Below are positions 10,810 through 21,660 of a stretch of 64,000 nt of DNA, piece after piece. The notes beneath the pieces are model-generated. The model made no database searches. It had not been told where the DNA came from and saw only the letters and a program-made list of their open reading frames with translations. The position numbers and the translations under genes are program-made. Source of the DNA: Naegleria gruberi (taxonomy: Eukaryota); the NCBI GenBank assembly GCA_000004985.1, contig GG738891.1; one strand, 5' to 3'. Every line of letters starts with the position of its first letter. Positions within the stretch are counted from its first letter, which is position 1.

Positions 10810-13321
10810 TAGATTCCCAATATCTCTTTACAATGAGATACCATTTGTTTCACAACTATATCTTCAGGATTATCCCTTTTAAAAGTTTCGAATAATGTAA
10901 GAGCCTTCTCGATATCATTTTTAAAGAATAGAGAGCATGCCTCATTATAAATCTTCCATTTTTGCTTCCTTTCCTGTTCTCTCAATTCATATAACCATTC
11001 ATCTGCTGCATGTTGCGTAGAATCACCCAATTCGTATACTTTCTGTTCGAATTTCAATGTCAAATCGTTTTCCAATAATTCAGAGCTGTGTGGCAATAGA
11101 GAGCTATACTCATCAACCATCAATGATTGAATTTCAGCAATGAATCTTGTATGATATAATATCTCAACTGCTTTGTGCACTTCACTGCTAATTAGAATTT
11201 CTAAATTATAATATTTGGTCAATTGTAACATTTTTGAAAGACTCCAACGAGCATTGGTGATGAGAGTGAAATTTTTCACATCATTGGTTCCTATATTTCC
11301 ACACAGCACTTCCTGCGTAGTAACAGCTACTCTAAATCTGATATTTTCTATTAGATTCTTGAAGCTATCATTTCTAATTAACTTGTTGGAAGCCATTAAC
11401 CATTTCTTATCTCGAGTAATTTTTAGTTTTTCAATAATTGACCTGGCTGCTTGAACTCCCTTCTCCTGGTGTTTAGGGTGGTTAGCTGCTGTGTTAAAAG
11501 TGATGGAAATTGAATCATTTTCAAAATGTCCTAACAAGCCACCTTGAATTTTAGTGACACATGTCAATTGGTCGAAAATATCTGTCAATAAATGGATACT
11601 TTCTGAAGGAGGCATTTGAGATATCAGCTCTGAGAACTCATCTATCAATACACAAACAATAGTTACATGTTTCTTATCCAAATATAACGAAAATAATTGC
11701 TTTGATGTCAGCTGTCCTTTAAATAAATTAACAGTGCTTCTGATTGATGTCCTCATCGAGTCCATAAGTGAAGGATTGACAGCCACTGAGTCGTGTTCAG
11801 CGCTTACTTTCAAATCTCTTGATTTCTTCATAATTTCCATCTTTTCCACTTGATTCAACAAGTGTTGTGGAATAAACGAACGAAACAGACGAATCTGATT
11901 CGTCATTTGAACGAATTGCTTTTGTAATGTTCTCACCTCTGAGAATTTACTCGTTTTAATATCCAAACTTTCCATATCCATTCTCGAAACTGCCTGAAAT
12001 TGTTCAATTAAATTGTGGAATGGTTTTACAATTTTTACAGAAACAAAAATGGAAAGTGAAACTGCAATGCAAATTATTAAACAAGTTCCAATGATTGAAA
12101 CTATTAATCCAATTACCAAAGATCCAATAAAGTTCCATTGAGGTATTGAAAGTACAAAAATCCAATCCACTCCAGTTTCGGCACAGAATCGATTAATGTA
12201 AACGAAATCGTCCAAATGTTCGATTGTGATTGCATTGTTGCAGGGTAAACTTTTAAAGTTATTTCGAGTTTCTTCCAAAATTCTATGAGATAACTGATTA
12301 ATCTTGTCATCTTTGATTGTAAAAATAGTATTTCTCTTGACAGAGCTGTCAGAATTAATTTCTGTAATTTTTAAATCTTTTCTGTCAACTGTTACAAAAA
12401 TTTCAATAAGAAAGTTGAAAAATTAAACATACCAGCTACGAAATATTGCTTATCAGTTTCAAAAATAAAACTCCTCGATCCATCAATTGATCCAATTTTG
12501 GAAATTAAAATGTCAGAAAATCCACTGACAGTCATGTCAAATCCCAGATAATAATCAAATGAATTATCCTTCGATTTGTTAAAGGAATAGCAATATAACA
12601 AGGTAAAGAACGTGTCAATGTTTGGCGTTGTGACATCTACATAACTTCTCGAAAAAACTAATTGATTTGGATTGGCATTACAGCTGTCAGTTAAATCTGA
12701 CAGATCGACAGCAGGTATTACACTTGTAGGTTGATTATCCAATCTCCTTTTACAATACGGATATTTTTCCAAATCAGAATCACATTCATAAAAATACTGA
12801 GCTACCAATGACATGTTTAACCAATTGACTGACGTGCCAGAATAGAAAATTCCCAAAGCATTTCCACTAGGCTCTCCTATATACACCGTAACCACAAATT
12901 CCTTTCTCATTTTCCATTCAGATAAGAATGATTGATAAGTGACTTGTTCGATTTGTTTCGAATTTTGAAAATCTAATAAATATAACAATTGTCCTTTCAT
13001 TACATCCAAGGAAATCGTTGCTTCGACCACTGACTTGGTAACAGACGAAACTATATCAGAAAATTGAGCTTCCCTTTGACCAATCGTTCCTTTGATGGCA
13101 TTCGGAAGTAAAGAACTCATCCAGACAAGTGACAGGACGAGAATACTTGATATAACGAGCAGGGAAAGTAGTAGAATGATACAAAATTTGATAGAGCTAA
13201 AGAATTGGTAGGGTTCATGATTAGTTTCTTGAGTTTCGAATAATGATGAAGGAATATTTTGAGTTTCTTGAGTTTCTTGAGTTTCGGAAAGATTAGGTGT
13301 TATTTGATTAATCTTGACCAT
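10806..13321 (-). CDS. Receptor-type membrane protein with a class III nucleotidyl-cyclase homology domain (two TM segments flanking a ~330-aa extracellular sensor domain, then a TPR-like tail); 2 exons
   Basis: Exon 1 is 12433..13321 and exon 2 is 10806..12388, separated by a 44-nt intron 12389..12432 (GTATGT…AACAG). The intron length is 2 mod 3, which is exactly what is needed to join the two observed frames: …DKQYFVA-V-DRKDLKITE…. TM1 is FCIILLLSLLVISSILVLSLVW and TM2 is FIGSLVIGLIVSIIGTCLIICIAVSLSIFVSV. The cyclase-like block is VTIVCVLIDEFSEL…KIQGGLLG…FRVAVTTQEVLCGNIG…FTLITNARWSLSKM. Its stop codon overlaps the stop of the convergent gene 8615..10809. Confidence 0.5.
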
Positions 13322-13565
13322 TTTTTTTGAGATGAGATTTATTGATAGATTTAAAATGTTGAATGATTAGTTTTATGATTTCTTGTCAGCACCTTTCAAA
13401 TTTCCATTTTCAGATTAAGCGAAAAATCAGTTAGATTCGAATAACAATTAGTATTTACATTGTAGTTTATACAAAGAGTTCATATAAAGGAAGTTTTCAA
13501 TTCTTGCAATTTTTTACAATTTTTGTAAACAATTTTTCAATAAAATTTTTTAATTATTTCACAAA

Positions 13566-14329
13566 TTAATGACGTCCAACAATACACTCAGCAATTGCTT
13601 CTGTCAATTCTGCAATATCTTCAGGTGCTCTACCAGAAAAAATAAACAAATCAGATCTGACAACTGTTGAATCTCTGTATTCAGCTCCAGCATTTTCCAA
13701 ATCTTGACGTATGGCAGGTGCTCCTGTCACTTTCTTTCCCTTAATCAATCCAGCATTGATCAATAATGAAGAAGACATGTCAATTGTGCCAATCATGTTT
13801 CCATAATTGTATGTTTTTTGAATTAGAGAAATAGCATCGCTGTCAGTTCTCATTGTGGCAGTTGACCAAGCTCCTCCTGCAATAAATAAGGCATCATATT
13901 GCAAAAGGTATGCTTCCTTGAATGTCTTGTTGATAGAAACAACTCTGTTTGCACGAACATATTGACATGAAACTATTTTTCTGTCAACTGTCCAACTTGG
14001 TCCAACAATGTCGACAGTTGCACCTCTGCTTGTCAAATAAATGTATGGGAATGTTAAATCTACCTCTTCAAAACAATGTGATGCCATAATTGCAACACGT
14101 GCTCCTTGAAGAATTGTTGGAAAATGCACAATTGGCTAATTTGACGTGTTAGATTAATGACAGATGTGTTAAAACTTACTTGTGAAATATTGTAAGCAAC
14201 TCCTCTGAGTCCTAACTTATCTTCTTCATCAAGAGAACTAATCAGAGGGAAAATATTGTTAATATTCTGAGCAGAAATGCATACTGTCAAGAATAGGAAC
14301 GCAACAATGATAAAAGTGAGTTTTGACAT
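13566..14329 (-). CDS. Secreted DJ-1/PfpI (class I glutamine-amidotransferase-like) family protein with the nucleophile Cys replaced; 2 exons
   Basis: Exon 1 is 14180..14329 and carries the signal peptide MSKLTFIIVAFLFLTVCISA. The 44-nt intron 14136..14179 (GTAAGT…AATTAG) leads into exon 2 at 13566..14135. The family motif …DALFIAGGAW…NMIGTIDMSSSLLINAGLIKGKKVTG… matches DJ-1/PfpI, but the position of the catalytic Cys in the I-C-H/A-G-P elbow reads I-D-M-S-S. Confidence 0.5.
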
Positions 14330-14468
14330 TTTTTTTCAAGTAGAAATTTGCAAAGGTTGACAGGAAGAATCCAATTTGTTGTTGTGGAGGATACTGGTCC
14401 ATCCTTTAACTGTTACTTGAAGGTTGGAAAATATTTCCTATTTTGTAAACTGTAATCCTACCTTAAGA

Positions 14469-15980
14469 TTATTCTTTCACATTGTCAAAATCCTTGATAG
14501 AATAAATGGAACAAGTATCTAATATGAAATCTCGCATGTAGAGAAAGTTTTTAGCATATTTTAGGCATTTCTTATTGATTCGAATAGCCTTTCTTATAAA
14601 TGCCTCGTTAGTCGAATAATCTGATTCAATTAAGGAAATGGCAAAGTCGTCATCGTTCTTGATTGCTTCCAACATGATATCTTCATCACATCTTGCTTTT
14701 TCTAACTCTTCATATCTCAATGAATGAAATTTCGTCAAGTTTCTAATTTTTCCATAAATAACTTCCTTTGACGAACCAATCGATTGGTGTTTTCTCATCC
14801 AAAAATCAATTCCAACACGTGGAATCCAAATATCTTGTTCATTATCTACTTGTTGTGGAAGATTAGTTGTCAGTTGTTGTTGAACTTGAAGAGAAGCAAA
14901 TTTCAAAGCATCTAGATTTTGGTCAACTGCACTTTTTACAATATCATAATCTGATTTGAATTTCTCAAGAGTAAATTCTAAAGCAAGAGGGTGGTTTCTA
15001 ATAGCTGTTAAATTAATGAGCTCGCTGTCTAGAAGAGGAGGTTTAACAAACTCTAACGCTCGTCCGTCTTGGTTGACTGCGATCATTACAATTGTTTCGT
15101 TGAAACTCTTGATGGAATCATGAGCATATTCTAATTCTAACCCATTTTTCTTGACCAGTTCAGTGACGATGAGTTCATTATTATTGTGAGCTTTCAGATA
15201 TTTTAGAAATTTCGGATAAACTTTCTTCTTGATGCAATTCAATACGAAATTCACTTCCTTCACTAGAGGAGTAATTTCCAGAATGGAAGGTTCTTTCAAT
15301 ACAGCTCTAGTGACTAATTCTTCATTAGTTTTCAATGAAACATCCACAAATCTAATGCAGTTTCCATTTAGTTTTACACATTTCAAAGCAAAATCAAAGT
15401 TTCGTCTCAAATCTTCATGAGCAAATGTCAAATTTACAGGTTTAATCTTCACTGCCTCATAAATCATCTGCTCATCCCTACAAAACTCTTCATTCATTTC
15501 GAATATTTCCTTAACTAATTCTCCTCCACCACTTTCCAAAGCTTTCAATGCAACTATTCGATTCTTCTTTAATTTTTCACTCAAAAATCTATACGAATCA
15601 CCCTCACTCTTCACAGCAGCCAACCCAAACTCAAAATCATCTTTAAACTCAACTGGCATTTCTCTAATAAACAACCCAAATTGACCCAAACATTCCTTTA
15701 TAAAAATTCGATCCGTTATCAAATCTTGTGGAATTTTCTTCATCAAATACTTGGGTCCATATATTCTAGTGAGAGAAAACGCCAAAATCTTTGTGTATTT
15801 CATGGTTTGTAGTTCGTGTGATGATTGTTGGAAAACTGATCGGAGGAGAAAACTCTTGAAAGTTTGATCGAGAATGAGTTGAACGGAAGTTTCGTCCAAA
15901 TCATCTTCTTGATGTGAAATCATTTTTTTTGAAGCTTGAATTTGTTGAATTAAACACGGTGTTATTAGTTGGACTAACAT
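14469..15980 (-). CDS. DUF4116-repeat protein
   Basis: A 503-aa single-exon ORF with ATG at 15980. It has tandem ~30-aa repeats of the form …LVKKNGLELEYAHDSIK…IVMIAVNQDGRALEFVKPPLL…IVKSAVDQNLDALKFASLQ…, matching the DUF4116 repeat pattern (vkqNG.aLqya…e.vl.AV.qng.al.y). Confidence 0.5.
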   Translation of the reverse strand: MLVQLITPCLIQQIQASKKMISHQEDDLDETSVQLILDQTFKSFLLRSVFQQSSHELQTMKYTKILAFSLTRIYGPKYLMKKIPQDLITDRIFIKECLGQFGLFIREMPVEFKDDFEFGLAAVKSEGDSYRFLSEKLKKNRIVALKALESGGGELVKEIFEMNEEFCRDEQMIYEAVKIKPVNLTFAHEDLRRNFDFALKCVKLNGNCIRFVDVSLKTNEELVTRAVLKEPSILEITPLVKEVNFVLNCIKKKVYPKFLKYLKAHNNNELIVTELVKKNGLELEYAHDSIKSFNETIVMIAVNQDGRALEFVKPPLLDSELINLTAIRNHPLALEFTLEKFKSDYDIVKSAVDQNLDALKFASLQVQQQLTTNLPQQVDNEQDIWIPRVGIDFWMRKHQSIGSSKEVIYGKIRNLTKFHSLRYEELEKARCDEDIMLEAIKNDDDFAISLIESDYSTNEAFIRKAIRINKKCLKYAKNFLYMRDFILDTCSIYSIKDFDNVKE

Positions 15981-16182
15981 TCTTTCTATTTATAAGCAAT
16001 TTCCTATAATTTCATGTTCATAATCTTGAATGAACACTTTACAATAATTTACAATTCTGTTTTATAAAAAAACGAAAAATTTCAATATATTAAATTGTTT
16101 AATCGTACTTCCTCCTAGTGCGTAGTGCTATTCCGTTGTTTGATCATCCTTTTGGTTCAAAATATCCCGCTTCAAGGATTCT

Positions 16183-16208
16183 TTATTCGAAACTCAATTA
16201 CAAAAAAA
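16183..16208 (+). promoter_or_regulatory. Conserved leader motif (T/C)ATTATTCGAAACTCAA followed by oligo-A and ATG; further copies at 21781-21802, 30065-30090 (minus) and 13237-13254 (minus, within a CDS), and a variant at 20917-20931
   Basis: At 16183 the sequence is CTTTATTCGAAACTCAATTACAAAAAAAATG. At 21781 it is CATTATTCGAAACTCAAAAAAAATG. At 30064-30090 the reverse complement gives the same. At 13237 the reverse complement is CATCATTATTCGAAACTCAAGAAACTCAAG, coding …SLFETQETQ…. The variant CCTTTCGAATAATGG lies inside the arm-specific 52-bp indel at ~20917. Confidence 0.35.
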
Positions 16209-16964
16209 ATGTCAACACTTCAAAATCTCTGCAAACACTATCTGACAGCTCTTGATTCTGCCTTTCAACAAGCACTTGATTATTATCAAGAAATCAACGA
16301 TCAAACAAATGGTTGGGTCAATTACAAAACTACACCTGAACAAGCTCAGTATTTCATTAACAAGAAGAAACATTCGTATTGGATTTGGATGGGAGAAATG
16401 AAGAATGTGGAGATTCCAGAAAGTATTGCCAAAAATTCAAGAGATTTGATCAAGTATTTGGATGAGGAAAGTGAACGAAAGTTGTGGGATGAAGAATTTG
16501 TATCAGGTGTAAAAATTCATGACAAGATTGAAAAGAATTGTAACGAAACTTGTAAGAACGGAAGTGATCATTCTGATTTTAATGTTTATTATAGAGTTTT
16601 CACAGTAGGATCCAAAGCAGTTTCGAATAGAGAATTCGTCATTTCTAGAAATATTTATCAAGATCCAAAGTTGGAAAATGTAACTTGGATGTGCAATCAA
16701 ACACCTTTAGATTTTCCAGATTATGAACACAAGAAGGCACCTACAAATTCATCATGTGTTAGAGGAACAGTTCATGTCACTGCTTGGAGATTCGAACAGT
16801 TGAAATCTTCCATTTCTGGAAAATCTGTTTTTAACATTTCTGTAATTAGTCATTCTGAACCTGGTGGATGGGTGACTGCTTCTTTTTTCAATAATGGAGC
16901 AGGAGATCGTCCAGCATCAGCCGTTGTGAGATTAGTCAAATATTTACAAAGTAAACAAAACTAG
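16209..16964 (+). CDS. START (StAR-related lipid-transfer) domain protein
   Basis: The first true ATG is at 16209, immediately after an aaaaaaaa run. The ORF track start at 16125 is not an ATG. START-like sequence includes …FNVYYRVFTVGSKAVSNREFVISRNIYQD…SCVRGTVHVTAWRFEQL…PGGWVTASFFNNGAGDRPASAVVRLVKYLQ. The motif TTTATTCGAAACTCAA lies 10-25 nt upstream of the ATG. Confidence 0.5.
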   Translation: MSTLQNLCKHYLTALDSAFQQALDYYQEINDQTNGWVNYKTTPEQAQYFINKKKHSYWIWMGEMKNVEIPESIAKNSRDLIKYLDEESERKLWDEEFVSGVKIHDKIEKNCNETCKNGSDHSDFNVYYRVFTVGSKAVSNREFVISRNIYQDPKLENVTWMCNQTPLDFPDYEHKKAPTNSSCVRGTVHVTAWRFEQLKSSISGKSVFNISVISHSEPGGWVTASFFNNGAGDRPASAVVRLVKYLQSKQN

Positions 16965-17023
16965 TTTTCAATTTTTTAAAAAAAACCCAAAAATTTTACG
17001 ATTTTTCATCATTACAAAAAAAA

Positions 17024-19834
17024 ATGAATGAACAGGAACCGATTCTCTCCACCACAGGTCGTCTCGCCAATGCTCCCTACAAAATCTTCGATTGGGATCA
17101 AGAGGAGCCTCCTCTCTCTCGTGAAAAAGCCATTGAAAATCTAATGCAAGCGGAATATTACAACTACACTGTTGAGGAGATTATCGAGGAAGGTATTGAT
17201 CCAAATGAATATGGAAGGGCAAGGTTTATTTCCGAAGCCTTGATCATGATGGAAAATACGGGTGATGATGAGAAGGAAAATCAAGTAAAAAAACAACCAT
17301 CAACAATAAGAAGAGAAGATGATGATGAACCAAAGTTTTGGAGGAGAAGGGACTTGTTGATTCCTGGACAATCAATTCAAATTCCTTCAAAGATTACGAC
17401 AGTGCACTTGTTGAAGGAAAAACCGATTGAACATCAAGAGAAAAGTGGTGATGATTATGATAATGATTATGAGGAAGATAATGAGGAAAAGGAAAGCCAG
17501 GATGTTGAAACAATTATCAATCAAGATCGTTGTATTTATATTGGAAGTTTACTATCCCGAACAGAATGTAGTGATTTGATTGATTCCACATCAAGATTGG
17601 GATATGCAGAAATTGATAAGGAATATCCAAAGGAATATCGTAATAGTGAGAGAGTTTTGGTCAAGAGTAAGAAACTTGCGGACATGATTTGGTCTCGAAT
17701 TGTTCCATTCTTGAAAAAGTCTGATATTGATGGTGTGAAACCTTATGGTTTTGATAATGATGGTTGTTGGGTTCCTTGTGGAATTAATGAAGTATTGAGA
17801 TTCAACAAGTATAGTCGTGGAACTTTCTTTAAACCTCACACTGATGCTCAATTCGTTAGAAATGATAATGAAAAATCAATCTTCACAGTGTTGGTCTATT
17901 TGAGCGACTCTTCTGCAGCTACAACCCTTCTGAAAAAGGTTGGAGAGAAGATTGAGGATGATAGTATTTCCTTTGATTTCAAAAAGTTGGCATCCATCAA
18001 ACCAACAGAAGGAAGTGTTGGTAAGTTGAATAGATTAATGATTCTAAATAATAATTTAAAGCTATTTTTAACCATGATCTCTATCATGACGGCCAAAAAC
18101 TATACTATGGATCAAAGTATGTTGTGAGAAGTGAAATCATCTTCAAGAGAATTGATAAGGATAGCATTTATAGAATGGATTATAGAAATAGTGAAGAATT
18201 CAAACGAGTAAAGAACCTCATTGATGATAGCTACGAGTTGGAACGTCAAGGTAATTTAACTCAATCCACCATCAAATATATCCAAGCTATGGACTTGCAG
18301 ACATCCTTGTCCCACTCCATTCAAAGAAAATCAAATAGAAAATTGAGTTTTATTGAAGAAAATCTTCCTGAAGAGGTATTCGTTCACATATTTAACTATT
18401 TAACGGATGAAGAAGTTTGTACGAGTGTCATTCCTATCAATTCTGAAATTAATTCAATTGCTAGAAATGAAACCATGTGGGAACAAAGATTTTCAAAAAA
18501 GTGGGGATCTGAAACAATGGAAAAGTCAATTCTTGATAGAGTCATTAGATATGAATATGATGAAAATTATGAACCTACAAATGAAGAGAAGATTGAATTT
18601 CATAGTAAGGAAAATGAAATTATCAATCTTCTTCAAAAAGATACTCACGATTGGTATAATGCATTTTCTTGCAGATCAAATATGGAAAAATCTTTCAATG
18701 CTGTACTTTTAGATCTTGGGCAGCATACTTACAAGTATGGATTAGCAAGTAATAATGCCTATTGGAGATCAATGACAGCTGTCGGTGAACCTAATCATCC
18801 TCACTTTTATTTACCATCCTATGGATTTGACGATGTTATAACAGGAGATAGATTTGTTCAAGCTCAATACCATTGTAGATTGAACAAGTTCTTTAACTCT
18901 AAAGGAGTACCCAAGAAGAAACTGCTCAAAATTTTCCTTTATCAGCTCTATAAGGAAGATTTAAGAGTTAACTTACAAGAACACCCTCTTCTTATGGCTG
19001 TGCCTCCTCACTGGGATAAGGAATACTTGAAAAAGGTGGAACAGGTTGCAGTAAGTTCTCTATATTGCAAATTATATTTAATTTCATTGATAGTTTTCTT
19101 TAGGTATTCCAGCAGTTCACTTTGTGGACTCGTTCAAGCTACTTGCATTGTATTATCAAAAACCAACATCCTTAATTATTAGTGCAACACCAAATGGATC
19201 GACATGTGTACCAGTCATAGATTGTGAGTCTAAGACTGCATGTATGGATATGAATGTGTTTAACATGTACGAGGAGTATAGGAATATGAATGAAGATATG
19301 CGCTATTATGAAATGACTTTCAGAGAGGAAGTATCAGAATTTTTGAAAATTGCCCCTTGCAGTCCGAGCCAAGATCAAAAAGAATTTAATGAATTTGTAC
19401 AAAACCTTGAACCTTTCGAATGGACTTCATACATGGTTTCACCAATCAATGAAAGAGCCAATATTTCGGAAATTTTCTACTCTCATGTATGGGAAAATGT
19501 CCAAAAATCAATCACCTTAATTCGAAATAATCAATCTCTTTCCAATATTGAAAAAGATCAAATTCTAAACAATATTTTAATTGTAGGTGGATTCTCAGCA
19601 TTAACAGGATTTAGAGAAAGAATTAAGAAGGACATTTTGGAATATCTTGGACAAGAATACTCTCCATCATTTACTTTTAGAGAACAGAAGGCTGATTATT
19701 CTGTCAGAAAAACAGGTATCAAGGTCAGCATTGTTGGACAAGATATGGACGTAGTTGGAGGAGCTAGAATTGTTTCCAATCTCTCAAACTTTAGAGAAAT
19801 TTGTAGTTACAATCAAGCATATAACAAGTATTAA
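17024..19834 (+). CDS. Fusion-architecture protein: N-terminal 2OG-Fe(II) prolyl-4-hydroxylase domain, central F-box, C-terminal divergent actin-related (Arp-like) domain; 3 exons, about 908 aa
   Basis: Exon 1 is 17024..18020 (…GTTG|GTAAGT, phase 1), intron 1 is 18021..18061 (41 nt) and exon 2 is 18062..19050. Intron 2 is 19051..19093 (GTAAGT…ATTGATAG, 43 nt) and exon 3 is 19094..19834. The P4H motifs are LRFNKYSRGTFFKPHTDAQF (HxD) …IFTVLVYLSD… in exon 1, and NHDLYHDGQKLYYGSKYVVRSE (second His + Lys/Arg) at the start of exon 2. That same uninterrupted exon-2 frame then runs through an F-box (LPEEVFVHIFNYLTDEEVCTSVIPINSEINSIARNETMWEQRF) into actin-fold sequence (AVLLDLGQHTYKYGLASNNAYW…EDLRVNLQEHPLLMAVPPHWDKEYLKKVEQVA). 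Exon 3 continues the actin fold (FSLGIPAVHFVDSFKLLALYY…NNILIVGGFSALTGFRERIKKDI…GIKVSIVGQDMDVVGGARIVSNL). Confidence 0.5.
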
Positions 19835-19938
19835 ATAGACAACCATTTATTAAATTATATCATGTAATATTTTCCAGACAAATTGACATTCTATTGAATT
19901 GTTTCGAAATAGTGATCATGGCTGGAATTTTAACCGAT

Positions 19939-20652
19939 TTATTTTGAAGGTGTGTGATTTACAAATTCCCACTTTCTCTTTCTTGGAATAGTTACTGGTT
20001 CTGTTGTTTCCAAAATTGGTTGGTATTGGATATTTTCATATGCAGTTATATTTTTTCTTAGTTCTGCCCTTGCACTGTTTTCATAGTCGTTTTTGTTGAT
20101 GATAATTACATTATATTCGAAATTACGACAGAGTGGCCTAAAAAACTTTCCTTGAATTTCTAAATAAATTCTTCCTTTGTAGTTTTTGCATTGGGGATAT
20201 TGAGAGATGATATGGATTGCACGATATGCTGTTTCTTTTTTTGGAAAAGTAATAGTTGAAGTTCCAAGCAACGTCAAATCTCTACTTTTTTTAGGTTTGT
20301 GTTTACCATAAATTAGCATTTCAAAACATAATTCAGAAGAATTTTTGCTACAAATAATTTTGAAATCATTGTGAACTGTTTGAATTTCGCTTTTGCTTGG
20401 CAAGATGTTAATGCTAGATGACATTGGCATTTGTTGAGCGGTTTGTTGATTTTGAATTTGTGAGACGTTTTGCAATTGATTTTCATATGGCATATGAATT
20501 AATGTTGGTTGCCGATTCCAGAATTGAGTGTTAATTTTGAAACTCAGTAACTTCATCCTGATAGAGGATAGTTGAGAGTGGTGAGAATATCGAGGGACTT
20601 GAGGCAGTGTTATTGGATGTAACTTGGTGAGTATTATCGGTGATATCTTCAT
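19939..20652 (-). CDS. Hypothetical protein, paralog A of a diverged gene pair (paralog B is 32389..33021)
   Basis: A 237-aa ORF with ATG at 20652 (MKISPIILTKLHPITLPQVPRYSHHSQLSS…). It shares its N-terminal ~30 aa and scattered motifs (PYENQ.QNVS…QQTAQQMPMS…IYLEI.G.F) with the plus-strand ORF at 32389. There are no recognisable domains. Confidence 0.4.
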   Translation of the reverse strand: MKISPIILTKLHPITLPQVPRYSHHSQLSSIRMKLLSFKINTQFWNRQPTLIHMPYENQLQNVSQIQNQQTAQQMPMSSSINILPSKSEIQTVHNDFKIICSKNSSELCFEMLIYGKHKPKKSRDLTLLGTSTITFPKKETAYRAIHIISQYPQCKNYKGRIYLEIQGKFFRPLCRNFEYNVIIINKNDYENSARAELRKNITAYENIQYQPILETTEPVTIPRKRKWEFVNHTPSK

Positions 20653-21341
20653 AACGAAGGAAACAAATCATCGTCATCATTAATTTCATGAGTGTCAGCT
20701 TGTTGGTGTTCATACAAGGTGCAACTGAGTTTTTATACTCACATTCTCTTATTTTAGATTTTCATTACAACTCACAATTATTTTTAATTTTAGTAATGGA
20801 TGATTGTTAGGTACTTGGCCACGCTCACGTTTATTTTTAATTTTCAAGCATAATCAAAGTCCTTGGACAAGAATCGAACACGTGGTTTCTTCCTTGACAA
20901 TCTACAGTGTTTGACCTTTCGAATAATGGTGTGTACCATTAAAATTGTCTAACATTTTAAAAGTAGGCAAAAAAAAATGCCTCCATTTGCTTCTCACTAC
21001 AACCTGCTTCATTCAATAAATCATTTATAAAATTATGAGTACATACAATATGAAATAAATCATCAACTTGTTTAAATGTGAAATACATTCTAATTCTTTA
21101 ATTATTAATACTTCAATGTTCTAAACATTTTCTACATCTTTTCCGATGTTGTTACATCATTCCATGATGAGGAAGTAAAAAAATTCAATTTCAGTCCAAT
21201 AAAGTTAAACAAGTAATGTAATTGGTATGTATCGAATTTCTCGACCAATAAACACTAAATAAACACATGAGGTGGAATACCAGCAACTAATATTAATCTT
21301 CGTGTTCTAATAATTTAATGACTAACAACAAACGAGCGTGA

Positions 21342-21660
21342 AAATATTTATTTAAAATGAAAAGATTTCACAAGAATCAGGGTCAATGATGGTCAATTGA
21401 CTCATTTTGGAAGTTTTGGAGCTTTCCATGGACCTCAAGCTATTGCTGATTTCTTCCAAAATGTTTTATTTGGACAAGTTGGCGCCAGAAATCCACAATT
21501 GACTTCACATGTTATTCAAAGAATTGACGAATCAACAATTTATAAATTGGGTAAAGTTCTGGTGGAGAAATTGAAGCTCCTTATACAGTTGTTTGGACTA
21601 TGGGTCAAGAAGGAGAATATAAGATTAAAATTGATACTTTCTAACACTTTTTTGAATTAG
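21342..21660 (+). CDS. Hypothetical small ORF or terminal exon (…GSFGAFHGPQAIADFF…RIDESTIYKLGKVLVEKLKLLIQLFGLWVKKENIRLKLILSNTFLN), present in both arms of the inverted duplication
   Basis: The frame is open from the AG at ~21340 to TAG at 21660. An identical copy lies on the minus strand at 30207..30348, running into a gap. It has no recognisable domain and its 5' boundary is uncertain. Confidence 0.2.

Noticed and set aside
13237-13321. Moving the cyclase-like gene's start codon downstream of the CATTATTCGAAACTCAA motif
   Set aside because: The next in-frame ATG would delete TM1 and leave the extracellular domain without a targeting signal. The ATG at 13321 is retained, with the motif noted as lying within the coding sequence.
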